Shown in pieces: positions 52,693 to 64,000 of a stretch of 64,000 bases of DNA. Below the pieces are notes generated by a model, which worked only from the letters and a program-made list of their open reading frames with translations, was not told where the DNA came from and ran no database searches. This stretch comes from Geosiphon pyriformis uo1 (Eukaryota > Fungi > Glomeromycota). Within the stretch, counting starts at the first letter, position 1; every line of letters starts with the position of its first letter. The stretch is taken from positions 1,870,893-1,934,892 of the forward strand of contig JAAOMT010000512.1 in the NCBI GenBank assembly GCA_016748015.1. The letters are read 5' to 3'. The translations under genes and the position numbers were made by a program.

Positions 52693-54120
52693 TCACCAAG
52701 TCGGATTTTTTCCATTTGTACTCGGACTTTTCCCTTCTTTATTTTCTTTAGCTTCAATTTCGTTCTCCAGATCTCGGCTCAATAGATCATCAAAACTCTC
52801 ATACAATGATTCCATTTGTAAAATATTTGGGATCTGTATGGCACCATAATCTGATCTTTCACCATCGCCCTTTGTTAATAATTGATTGGTTTCAGATAAC
52901 ATAACTGGCATCGAGAATCGACGTTCGACTGAAGTGGTAACCGTAGTACGAGTAAATGTACCAGCTGCTCCGGTCGGCTCGTTTACATTTCCCCTATAAG
53001 CCCAAGATCGAGGTCTCGGTCGGTTCGTATGAGAAGTTGAACATTTACTATATGAAGGTGGATTGCTGCTCGGAAATTCTGTAAATTTATCCTGCGTTAC
53101 TTCAATATGGGTTTCATTCTGGAAATTTGTTTGGGAAATGTTTTTGTAATCTTTTTTAGTGATAGTTGTTGGGATTTCTTTTGAATATTTTATTGAGTTC
53201 TCGATATCACCCATTTCGTCTGCCTCAAGATCAGAATCTTGCAATTCATCCCCATCACCATAATGGTAAGAACGATCTGGAGTAGTCTTATTACAACAAG
53301 TATATGTACCAAACATCAATCTAAAGAAAATGGGAACAATAGAAATAAATGCAGCATCCATTATCGTTAACACATTTGTCGTCTCAGAAATAGAATTTTT
53401 TGCAATATGTGGATTCTGATAATATTTTTCCATTATAAAAATGATCATATGTGCCATTCCTACTAATATTCCAGCAAAACCTTGTACGATCCAAAGTTTA
53501 AATTCCATAATTTTCTTTTGTGATTTCCAGAGTTTCCCCAAGAGATAGAAATAAAGTATCCCGTAATATGTAATTAATATTACGTATGCCAGGGTCCAAC
53601 TTGAGCTATGACAACATTCATCCTTAATAATCAAAGAAAGGTTTGATTTTTCACAAGTTTTTTGTGTGATATTCAAAAATATTAGGGTTAACACGCCAGG
53701 GAACAAGTTTAAAAGAATGAGATAAAACGAATGTAGTGGAAATGATGTAATGATTGTCTTTCGTATTAAGGTAAAATATGAATCAAGAAGTGGAACAAAT
53801 GTTGCAGAAAACCAAAGTGGAAATCCGAAAACGAATTGAGCGAGTGAAGAACAAGAAAATCGCAATGGTAACCATGATAAAGAAATGTCGTCGAGGTCAA
53901 GCGTTTTTTCATATTCACTTAATATCCAAATCATTCCACCCACTATCGATAGGAATAAACACCCATAGTCTAAATGATTTTTAGTGATCCCATCATGATT
54001 ATTTTTTTCCTTTGAAGAGAATGTAATATAATATGCCAAAATGATAAATCCAATGATAATACTAAATCCTATGATGTAAGAAAAAACAGAAGCTGTAATG
54101 TCTAGCTCACTAAAAAACAT
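52693..54120 (-). CDS. Seven-transmembrane (GPCR-like) protein with a ~200-aa cytoplasmic tail
   Basis: Intact 475-aa ORF with about seven hydrophobic segments in residues 11-270, Cys residues in the extracellular loops and a Ser/Thr-rich tail. Confidence 0.75.
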   Translation of the reverse strand: MFFSELDITASVFSYIIGFSIIIGFIILAYYITFSSKEKNNHDGITKNHLDYGCLFLSIVGGMIWILSEYEKTLDLDDISLSWLPLRFSCSSLAQFVFGFPLWFSATFVPLLDSYFTLIRKTIITSFPLHSFYLILLNLFPGVLTLIFLNITQKTCEKSNLSLIIKDECCHSSSWTLAYVILITYYGILYFYLLGKLWKSQKKIMEFKLWIVQGFAGILVGMAHMIIFIMEKYYQNPHIAKNSISETTNVLTIMDAAFISIVPIFFRLMFGTYTCCNKTTPDRSYHYGDGDELQDSDLEADEMGDIENSIKYSKEIPTTITKKDYKNISQTNFQNETHIEVTQDKFTEFPSSNPPSYSKCSTSHTNRPRPRSWAYRGNVNEPTGAAGTFTRTTVTTSVERRFSMPVMLSETNQLLTKGDGERSDYGAIQIPNILQMESLYESFDDLLSRDLENEIEAKENKEGKSPSTNGKNPTW

Positions 54121-54145
54121 CTTTTTTGTGGTGGAGTTTATTATT

Positions 54146-54176
54146 ATTGTTGTTGTTGTTGTTGTTGTTGCTGTTG
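54146..54176. repeat. (TTG/CAA)n microsatellite upstream of the 7TM gene
   Basis: Run of ttg units. Confidence 0.9.
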
Positions 54177-54982
54177 AAATTGAATGGATTTTGCTTTTAG
54201 ATCCAAAAAATTATATTTTTACGTGCCAGTTTTCGATCGGCTTTAAAGTCAAAGAGTGTTTATATCAAAATAATATGAAGCTGTAGACTTTTATTTTAGA
54301 AATAAAACTCTTTATTTATAATCGTATCGAAAATTTTACACGGTAAAACAATGGTTCATCACGAGTGATATTCTATACCCGTGAGAAAAATACCATAAAC
54401 TATCACCTTTTTAACGGTCTTCTTCGTTCTATGATTCACGCTTGGAATGTTTTGCCTTTGTTTTTTTTTTGTTTGACATACTCTTGATTTGGGAGGATGA
54501 CCTAGATTACAATGCTTAAAATGTGTCTACATAATAATTACGATGGAAAAACGGACTCTCAAGTTCAATTTCTAAAACTTTAATTATCAATGCCACCATT
54601 TATTTATTTATTTATTTTTTTATTTATTTAAGTGAAATGCAATTCTCCTGTGGAAACTAACCGTACTAAATTTTAAAAAAAATTGTGAATCACGATTTCA
54701 CCGATTTTTGAGAAATTTTGCCTTTATCCTATTTGAGCTAATTTTTTTTTTTCCTAAATTATCCCGATCGATGTCAGGCGAGGGACTTCGTCAAGAATAG
54801 GTTTCAATCAGCCGACGAAAATCTTATCATCGAGCAGACTAACAAATTTTAGAAATTCGTTAGACTATATAAATCTAACATTAATAATCCATTTTTGATT
54901 GATAGATATATTAGTTTGATTGGTCAATGTTTAACATAAATCTTTCTCTTCTAACGTAATATCCTTGCTCCTCTTAAACAAA

Positions 54983-55742
54983 ATGGCTAAAGCTATTGCC
55001 GTTCTCAGTCAAAATGTCAAGCAAGGGGAGATTCCCTCAAACACTAAACCCAATGGCTATGTAACGCTTTCAGAAGAAAACGGGCGAACCAGGATTGACG
55101 TTAATCTCACAGGTATAGAGCCCGGTGAACATGGCTTTCATATTCAGTAAGTTAAAAATAAGAAAAGTGCACCTATCTATATTATATACGAAAAGGTCGT
55201 GTGGTTCAATGAAGGAACAGAGAATTTTTCTCCCTACTTCATTTTTGATTCTGTTTTATGTCAATGAATCCTGATCAATCATCTTTCAACATCTATAGTG
55301 AATTCGGGGACCAAACCGATGGATGTGTTTCAGCTGGTCCTCATTTCAATCCATTTGGTAAAAAGCATGGCGCTCCAACTGCTCAAGAACGTCATGTTGG
55401 TGATCTGGGTAATGTGACCGCCGATAAAGACCAAAATGTTGTCACCACAATCTACGATAGCCAAGTAAAGTTGTCCGGTGAAAACTCGGTTGTCGGGTAA
55501 CGAACTAAAGTCATACAATTTAAATTCCTATATTTTCTTATTAAATAATAAACTTATTGCAAGATTTTTTTTATAGGCGCTCGGTCGTTGTTCATGCTCT
55601 CAGGGATGATCTCGGTTTGAAAGAGAACGATGAAGAGAGTCTCAAAACTGGCAATGCTGGAGCTCGTCTTCTATGTGGTGTTATCGGTAGGGCTTCTTCC
55701 TCATCTACTACTAATGCCACTCCTACAAAATCAATGCTTTGA
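54983..55742 (+). CDS. SOD1: Cu/Zn superoxide dismutase, 3 exons (54983-55146, 55299-55496, 55577-55742)
   Basis: Spliced product contains HGFHIHEFGD, [11 protein letters not shown], [17 protein letters not shown] and TGNAGARxxCGVIG; canonical GT-AG introns. Confidence 0.97.
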
Positions 55743-56949
55743 ATAACAAGGATTCAAGGGATGAAAATCTCCAATGTTTCCAAGTCATTCAATTATTGTA
55801 CATAATCTTTTTTCTCTTCTTTTCTTTGGATTTAAATTTCCTGCCTATTCTTAAATTTATACTTATCACATTTTGTTTTGTCACCACAGGGCTTTCTAAA
55901 TAAGGAATGAACATTACATTTTGCTTTTTCAAAAATTGATCTCCAATCATTCTTATTATAACATAAGCCAGAAGTCTTCGTTGGGGATCCTGATTATATC
56001 AAAAAGAAATTACAGAGTTTCTACTATTTGTACAAATTTTTACTTTTTGAATTTTTCATAATGGCATGATTGACGATAGTGTTAAACAGAAATAAATAAA
56101 TAATATAAAAAGGATAATATAAACGAACTATGAGTCGTAGATGGTAAAAAATAGTAACTTTATCCCCATTATTAATCATGGATTACTTGGTAAAATGCAA
56201 ATTTGCGAAAATCTCAAAACCTCAAAAGCGTTATCTACAATAATTTTGAATATCTTTTTAGAATCCAAAGATTGGTGACGAGACCTACTATTTTAATCAA
56301 TTGATTCTCGATAAATATTCATTATCAAGAAGATAGCATTTTTTGTTAGAGATAAAATGCAAATAAAGCAAGATGACAACTAAAGAGAAATCTTCAATTC
56401 TTTGGTCATAATGTTTATGGTCGACCTATAAATAAGCTAACTACTAAGCGAATTAAGAAATCGGTTGCTGATCAGCGTATCCTGGAACCCAAGAAGCTAG
56501 TCTTGTTGTGGAAAACGGTTGAAGGTGCCTGGTTCATCCATCAACAAATAATAATTAACCAACTTAATAGACGAGCATGACCCAACAGGTGGTGCCAAAA
56601 ACTCATTGCGCTAATATCAATATAAAAAGATTAAAAAATCTTTATAATTTTCAAAAGTCGCAGAATGATAAAGAAAATAGTTGTATAAAAGACAATGAGA
56701 GAGATATGCCTCTTCTTTTAACACCATTTTGTTCTTTCCTTTCAAGTCTGGTTTTTTAATAGAAAAAGTAAGTTGATAATAATTAAATAGAGAAAAAGTA
56801 TGGAAATAAAACTTCTTAAGATAACAGATAAAACTGGAGTTTCTTTCCTTTTTTTAATGTATTAATCCTAACGAGTTATCATAAGGAATAGAGGTTTTGA
56901 ACTTTCCTAATCTATCTGTTTATTTGACATGATTTCTTTAATAAACTTT

Positions 56950-59900
56950 TTACAAGCAAGTAAAATTAAAATTAAATTACTAATATAATGTTGATATAAA
57001 TATGGCTTATTTAATTACACTATATAAAATAATAATTTTAAAAAAAAATAAGTATAATATTTTCTTATCAATAATTCTTTATGTAATTTAATTTGTAATA
57101 AAATTTTGAATAAAAAAATTATTTTGTGTTTTGTAATTATCTGTTGTAAAATGTTTTTGTACAATAAAATTTATTTTTAATATTATTATTTGAAAATTTA
57201 TATTATATATAATTTAATTAATTTATATTTTTTAATAATTATATAATATTTACAAACTTTTTTTTTTTTAATTTTATAACTATAATTAAAGCAAAAAATT
57301 ATCTTTTTACTTCTTTTATTATTTAAAGCAGTTAGTAGTTTTTTTATAAATAAAATATTAATAGCTATAAAAACTGTTTAATAATACTTTATAAAAGCAT
57401 TTTTTTTAAATAATATAATAATTATATAGTCTTTTATTGTTCTAAGAATACTTTTTTTATTTTTGGTTAAAAGTTTTTTTTTCAAAGTTTTATTAAAGTA
57501 ACTTATCTAAAATAATTCTAATGTAATTTTTATTTTTTTTAAAAGTCTTAAAGTTTTTTATAAAAAAGTAGTAACTAAATTACTTTTTTTATTTTTATTA
57601 TTATTATTGCTTAAATAGCCAAAAACCAACTTATTTAATTATTTATTATGTTTAATAACAATTTTTTTAAAGTATTAAAAAAAATTTCTGGTGTTTTTAA
57701 TAGTTTTAGTGTTTTAAAATCTGTTTTTTTTCTTGTAAAAATAAAAATTTGGTTTTTTTTGTTTTTTTACTTTTTTATTAGTTTTATATTATTAATATTA
57801 ATTATAATACTTAGTTTTATTATAATTATAGATAAAAATAATTTTTTTGTTTTAAACAATAACAACAAAAACATGTTAACTAATTTTAAAAACAAAACAA
57901 AACATGTTTTTAAATATGTTTTTAATTAATTAGTTTGCCAAATTACTTAATCTTAAAAATATATAAAGCTTTTTTATATAAGATTTGTTTTTTAAGCTTC
58001 TTTAAATAATATATTTTAAGCTAGTTTTACTGATTTGTTTTGTTTTTTATTTTTAAAATTGTTAAATTTTTTATAATATATATTTGTAACTAATATAAAA
58101 ACAATTTTTAATATTTATAATAAAAGTTTTAAAATTTTTTTAAAACTTATTAGTGTTTAAAAATATTTTATTATGTATTTTAAATTTCTTAATATATTTA
58201 ATATATTAATTAATTTTAATAAACAAAAACAATATCAAATTTTTTTTTGTAATATGTTTAAAACTAAATTGATCAATTTTTTTTTAGCTATATAGTTTTT
58301 AAAATTAATAAGCTGGTTTTTAAAATTAGTAATTATATTTGTTATATTTTTTGTTTTTTTAATTCTGTTAAGCAAATTTATTATGTAGTTATTATTTTTG
58401 GTTTTAAAAATAATTTTAATACTGCTGTTATTAAAATTAGTATTTTCAAAAAATATTGTATTTAATAAAAAACATTTAAATATTAATGATGTTTTAAATA
58501 TTAGAATTTTGGTTATTTAGCTTTAAAATATAAAATATATTTTTTTTTAAATCTTTGTTTTAATTAGCTACTTTTTTATTTTTATTTTTATTAGTTTTTT
58601 TGCTANNNNNNNNNNNNNNNNNNNNAATATGTTTTTAATTAATTAGTTTGCCAAATTACTTAATCTTAAAAATATATAAAGCTTTTTTATATAAGATTTG
58701 TTTTTTAAGCTTCTTTAAATAATATATTTTAAGCTAGTTTTACTGATTTGTTTTGTTTTTTATTTTTAAAATTGTTAAATTTTTTATAATATATATTTGT
58801 AACTAATATAAAAACAATTTTTAATATTTATAATAAAAGTTTTAAAATTTTTTTAAAACTTATTAGTGTTTAAAAATATTTTATTATGTATTTTAAATTT
58901 CTTAATATATTTAATATATTAATTAATTTTAATAAACAAAAACAATATCAAATTTTTTTTTGTAATATGTTTAAAACTAAATTGATCAATTTTTTTTTAG
59001 CTATATAGTTTTTAAAATTAATAAGCTGGTTTTTAAAATTAGTAATTATATTTGTTATATTTTTTGTTTTTTTAATTCTGTTAAGCAAATTTATTATGTA
59101 GTTATTATTTTTGGTTTTAAAAATAATTTTAATACTGCTGTTATTAAAATTAGTATTTTCAAAAAATATTGTATTTAATAAAAAACATTTAAATATTAAT
59201 GATGTTTTAAATATTAGAATTTTGGTTATTTAGCTTTAAAATATAAAATATATTTTTTTTTAAATCTTTGTTTTAATTAGCTACTTTTTTATTTTTATTT
59301 TTATTAGTTTTTTTGCTATTGCTTCTATGTTAATCTTTTGATTAGTTTTTGTTTGGTTTTTTTGAAATTTAAATTAAATGCTTTGGTTTTTTTGGTTAAA
59401 TTTATTATTGAACTTATTAATATTTTGGTTGTTTTAATTATTATTTTATTAAATACTTTTTTAGTTTTAAATACAAAACTTAAAAGTATAATTGCTATTG
59501 TTTAAAATAAAAAATTTGTTTTGATAAGATTTTAAATAAAGTTTTAATAATACTTTAAATAAAAATATTTAAATTTAATTATTGGTTTTTTAAAAGTATT
59601 AATCAATTAATATTAAATTAAATATAAATAAAACTACTAAATAGATAAGTAATATTGTTATTAACAATTATATATTAATTAAAATTATACATAAAATGTT
59701 TTTTTAAAGTAGATTTTTCTTTTTAAATTTAACATAAATTAATTTAAATTAGATTTATGTTTAATTATATATAAAAAATATGTGAATTATATTTAATTGT
59801 TGTTATTTAATTTGATTTATTGTATTAAATAATAATTAGATTATATATTAAATAAAAATAATATTTACAATTAAAATTTTAATATATTAATAAATTTAAT

Positions 59901-59990
59901 TAATTAATTAAATTTATAAAAGTCTAATATTAAACCAAAAATATACAATATTATATATAATAATAATATTTATTATAATATTTAATAAGT
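56950..59990 (+). mobile_element. Terminally AT-decayed repeat, probably LINE-like
   Basis: Extreme AT content, essentially no CpG, faint similarity to the other ORF1 remnants. Confidence 0.4.
58606..58625. other. Assembly gap (20 N) flanked by an identical 693-bp duplication (57913-58605 = 58626-59318)
   Basis: Read directly from the sequence. Confidence 0.95.
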
Positions 59991-60006
59991 ATTATTAAAA
60001 AAAAAA

Positions 60007-61116
60007 CTCTTTGTCTTCTTAATTTTATGATCACAATCAGAGCAAAGAGTAAAAAAGCTGTACTTAATATCTTTCCTAAGATATTTTATAAGATTTCAAT
60101 CAAAGAAGTTCTTTTTGTTATAAAAGCAACCAGACAGAATGTTTTAAAAGTCTTTTCTTTATTTAATAATCATGAAAAGCTGTCTTTAATAACTACTAAA
60201 ACAACTTTCTTTTCTTTGGCTGGTTTTTCACCAGTCAAAGTTCTCTCAAAGAGACACATTTGAATTAGTCTCAATATTGCCTTTATTCTTTTAAAGAGCC
60301 CAAAGTTTTTAATAACAGACTGGTTAACAAGTTAGTTTTTTTTTCTATTGCTTTAACATCTGGTGCTACTAGTACTACTTCAAAAAAAATGGTCAAAAAG
60401 ACCAAAAGTTTAGAAAAGTGAAAGCAGTTGTTTGCCTCTGCTATTGTTACACCAAACTCCTTTGTGATTCCAACTGAAATCTTAGGTAAGATTTCTATTG
60501 CATTATCTGGCATATTATCTAAGTTGGACTAAGATCAACTACTGGCTGTATTATTAAATATGGTGCTTTTTGGCAGATTTTTACCAGTTTTAAAAGCAAA
60601 ACAACTATCTCTTATTGGATTACCTGTTTTTGGGAACTGGGCTGATTAGATGAAAACTAAATCATTTCCTCTGGTTTTTGGTGCTGTCACTAGTGGTGCT
60701 TGGAAAATTATTACTAATTATTAAAAGTTTGCTAAGTGGATGGTTTTTTTTCTGGTGCTTGGTGCTACTTTTAAGATCAAATTGGCTTATGTTAAGACTG
60801 TTTTTTAATTTGTACATGGTTTTTTAAGTGCAAAATCTGTTTTTAAAGACAATGTAAAGCTCTTTTGTATGGAGATTGCTTCTCAAAGTTTTTTAAATAC
60901 TGCATTTTTAGTTGAGTTTACAGGCTTTGTTTATCTTGTCACTTTCAAAATTGCCAAATTTCTGGTGGTTTCTGAGTTTGGTTTCTCTTCTGCTGCTGTT
61001 ATACTGTGTAATATGCCTTTGGATGTGTCTGCTGCTGATATTAAGGTAGCTCTCAGTATGTTTGGTAGTGTTACTTGTGTTTTGCTGAAGTCTGCTAGCA
61101 TTTGGCAATATGTGGT
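60007..61116 (+). mobile_element. LINE-like ORF1 remnant (same family as 1-406), interrupted by element D
   Basis: ORF 60869-61171 aligns with ORF 144-359 up to WQYVV. Confidence 0.65.
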
Positions 61117-61748
61117 TGTTATTATGAAATGGTTTTCTTGGTATATTTTAATTGTTGATCTCCCATTTTAATTGCAATCAGTTTTTCGTGAGTTCCTCTA
61201 TTTTATGTGTTGGATATTAATAATAATGTACTGAAGGTTTTCTCTTAATGTTGTGATGTAAGTCTTCTTTTTAATTCTAGTTGTCTTTGTATGTTGTGTA
61301 CTCCTTCCCAGAGGCTAATCTGAAATCTACCCACTGTTTGAAGTCTTCTCTGAGGCTATTCTTGCAATTGCCTGATGTGTTTCTCTAATCTAAAAACATA
61401 GAATGTTAATGGCCTTTTCACGATTTCTCTAAGTATATAATAAAGCTTTTTTCAATTTAATTAGTAACTACATGAATAATCTTGATTAGGGATTATTCTT
61501 CCAAAGAGTTCAGAGATGGAATGATAGTTTCATTTGCTAGAGAGGGTATGTGAATTTTATTGTTAATCTTGTAATTGTAATGTTCATTTAATTTATTATT
61601 TTTATTAATTCTTTTTGAATAAGATTTTATTTTAGATATTTGTTGCTTTTAGTTGAAGCTTTTTCATTATTAAAAACTATTGTATATATATATAATTATT
61701 GTTTTACAAAATAATGTCTTGTAATATTTTATTTCTGTTATTTCTAAA

Positions 61749-61812
61749 TAGTGCTTGCTGCTATTGCACAATAGTGCTTGATGCTATTGTAAAATAGTGC
61801 TTGCTGTTATTT
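61749..61812. repeat. ~23-bp tandem repeat in U3 of LTR D
   Basis: aatagtgcttgctgctattg(c/t)a, about 3 copies. Confidence 0.8.
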
Positions 61813-61921
61813 GTAAATCATTTTTTTTTTATAAATTGTTGCTGTGCTATTTCATGATTGGCTAATTTATATTATTTATAATTCCTATTAAATTCTTGAA
61901 CTGTAACATTATCCCCTCCTT

Positions 61922-62635
61922 TCAAGATTGAGCTTTGTCGAAATCGAAGTTAATTTCTTCATTGATTTCTATATTATTGTAATAATCTAATATTGTATTA
62001 TTAATTTGTTGTTGTAAATTTTGAAATTGTAAATTGGTTAATTGCCCAATGCTATTAATTGTTATAAGATTCATAGTTGGATCTAATAGTACTTTGTGAC
62101 AGTTTTCGAAAGTTTTAAAAATTCTGTAAACAGCTTTTATATGAAGTATATTGTTGGTTTTTTCAATAAAACTTTCCAATTGTTGTATCATTGTTTTGCT
62201 GAATACTTTGACTGAATCTTTTGAGTATAATGTTTGTATGTTTAATTGTTTTCCCAATTGGTAATAACAATAATTAATAGGAAGTTTTTCCTTCAGCTGT
62301 TCAAATATACTTGGTGTTAATTTTACTATGTTTATTTCTTCTGTTATCAATGTATTATTCAATGCTATTCCTAAATTTTTAATGGTTTTGTTGATAAAGC
62401 TATTACTGTTTTTGGCAATAGTAGTATATGGTGCAAAACTAGATTTCTTATTTATTGTAGAATTTGGTATCATTTTTCTTTTATATGATATCTCGGAACT
62501 ATTGATTGTAATTTCCAAATCTGAATTTGATTGTTGTAAGCTTCGACATAGTTGTTGGGTTAATTTACTAATGTTTTCTAAAATATATGTCATTGTTTTA
62601 ATTCCTGACTGCTTTTTGGGCTCTTTTGCATGCAT
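61922..62635 (-). CDS. Intact ORF3 of element D (237 aa, unknown function)
   Basis: Uninterrupted ORF between IN and the PPT; motifs LTQQL, LEITIN, NYCYYQLG, AVYRIF..F, SIGQLTNLQFQ and DFDKAQS are shared with A, B and C. Confidence 0.85.
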   Translation of the reverse strand: MHAKEPKKQSGIKTMTYILENISKLTQQLCRSLQQSNSDLEITINSSEISYKRKMIPNSTINKKSSFAPYTTIAKNSNSFINKTIKNLGIALNNTLITEEINIVKLTPSIFEQLKEKLPINYCYYQLGKQLNIQTLYSKDSVKVFSKTMIQQLESFIEKTNNILHIKAVYRIFKTFENCHKVLLDPTMNLITINSIGQLTNLQFQNLQQQINNTILDYYNNIEINEEINFDFDKAQS

Positions 62636-64000
62636 TTTTATGCCTTGTTAACTGTTTTTTGGTGTAATTTAAGATTAATTATCTTTTTATATAATGTTCA
62701 ATTAAAACTACTGGTTTTAAATTTTGCAGAATCTGATCTGGTAATACTAGTGGTATTTGTGTTCCAATTCTAAGTGTTTGTGTTGTTATTACTGGTTTGT
62801 TGTAATATAATTTCAGCCAGTTGTCATGTGCTGCTTTTCTTAAAATTTTCTCATCTAGTCTTAACTTGTATGCTCCATTGCCAAGTATTTTATAAATATA
62901 GAATAGTCCATCCTACTTGTGGTCAAACTTTCCACTCCATTGCTTTTCTGCTTTGGTATGATGCAACAATACTTTGTCTCCTATTTTATAGCTAATTATA
63001 TTATCTGGTAACTGGTTATCATGTCTCACTTTTTGTTGTGCTTGTAATTGTTCAATATTTTAAGTTGCTTTTCTTTTTTTGTTCTCCAAAATTTCCATTA
63101 ACTCATATGTTCTTCTAAGTATTGTTTCATGAAATGTTGTTTCTGTAATAATTTTATTTGGATAAGTTGGAATAGTAAGTTCAATTGGTAATATGATCTT
63201 TTTTCTATAAACCAATTCAAATGGTGTGAATTGTATAGTATTTTGTTTTAATGTTCTATATGCTAATAAAACTACTGGTATGAACAAATCCCATTCTTTT
63301 TTATGTTCACTGCTGATTTTGGCTAATGCTTCACATAGTGTATGGTTAAACTGTTCAACTAATCCATTTGTTTGGAAGTGGTATAGTAATGATAGTGGTC
63401 ATTTAATTCCAAATCTTTGGCTGAGTTCATTTAGTGTACTGTTTATGAAATGTGTCCCTTGGTCTGACAACAATTCTTGTAGACATCTATGGTAGCAAAT
63501 TAAATCTTCATGTACAAAGTAGGCTACAGATATAGCATCAGCTGTTTGAATGGCTCTAGCTTCTGGCCATTTAGTAAAATAATCTACTGCTATTGCAATA
63601 TAATGATTGTTTTTTGCTGTTATTAGTAATGGTCCAACTAAATCAATTTCAATCCTATCAAATAGTTGTTCAACTTTTATGGGTCTTAGTGGTTCTGTTG
63701 TTTTTGTTCCTCCTCTTTGTTGGCATGGATCACAATTTCTTATGTATTAGATAATATCTGAATGCATTTTTGGCCAATAATAACGACTAGTTATATGTTG
63801 AATAGTTGCTTCTTTTCCAAAGTGGTCTGAATGGATATCCAAGTGCATGTTAAATAAAATAGTTTCTTTTTTATTTTCAGTTATAATTCTCAATGGATTA
63901 TCTGGATTTTGTTGATTCTGATAATAAAGTATGTAGTTTTGAATAAAATAATGTTTTGATAATTTCTGGAACTTAATTAGTTCTTTTATTGGTGTATCTT

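Larger units (their letters stand above)
61117..64000 (-). mobile_element. Ty3/Gypsy element D, 3' part (runs off the window): IN, ORF3, PPT, 3' LTR 61117-61908
   Basis: PPT complement ttatcccctcctttc at 61909-61923 next to tgtaaca; IN motifs (SDQGTHF, NGLVEQFN) at 63060-63850. Confidence 0.88.

Noticed and set aside
57913-59318. 693-bp tandem duplication
   Set aside because: The copies are identical and abut a 20-N gap in a genome where repeats diverge quickly; most likely an unmerged contig overlap.

Overview
Eukaryotic, intron-containing, very AT-rich fungal DNA. The transposon families look most like those I associate with Glomeromycotina; this is an inference, not a database result. About 80% of the window is a nest of decayed retroelements: LINE-like remnants invaded by four related Ty3/Gypsy LTR elements (A 9443-19740 +, B 407-21084 -, C 23133-35217 -, D 61117->64000 -) plus at least four solo LTRs. 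All have TGTTAC...GTAACA-type ends and, where both flanks are visible, 4-bp target-site duplications (TSDs). The Gypsy family has an unusual architecture: one in-frame polyprotein apparently starting at GUG (Gag-CCHC-PR-Trp/Cys-rich insert-dUTPase-RT-RH-IN, no chromodomain), then a conserved soluble ORF3 behind an internal TATA box, and LTRs carrying a covarying hairpin. All repeats show near-pure C>T/G>A hypermutation in all dinucleotide contexts (RIP-like), graded with nesting depth. A sharply bounded island that retains CpG (~45.7-56.9 kb) holds four host genes: a 4xMyb protein, an uncharacterised three-exon protein, a 7TM protein and a Cu/Zn SOD with a PTS1-like tail.
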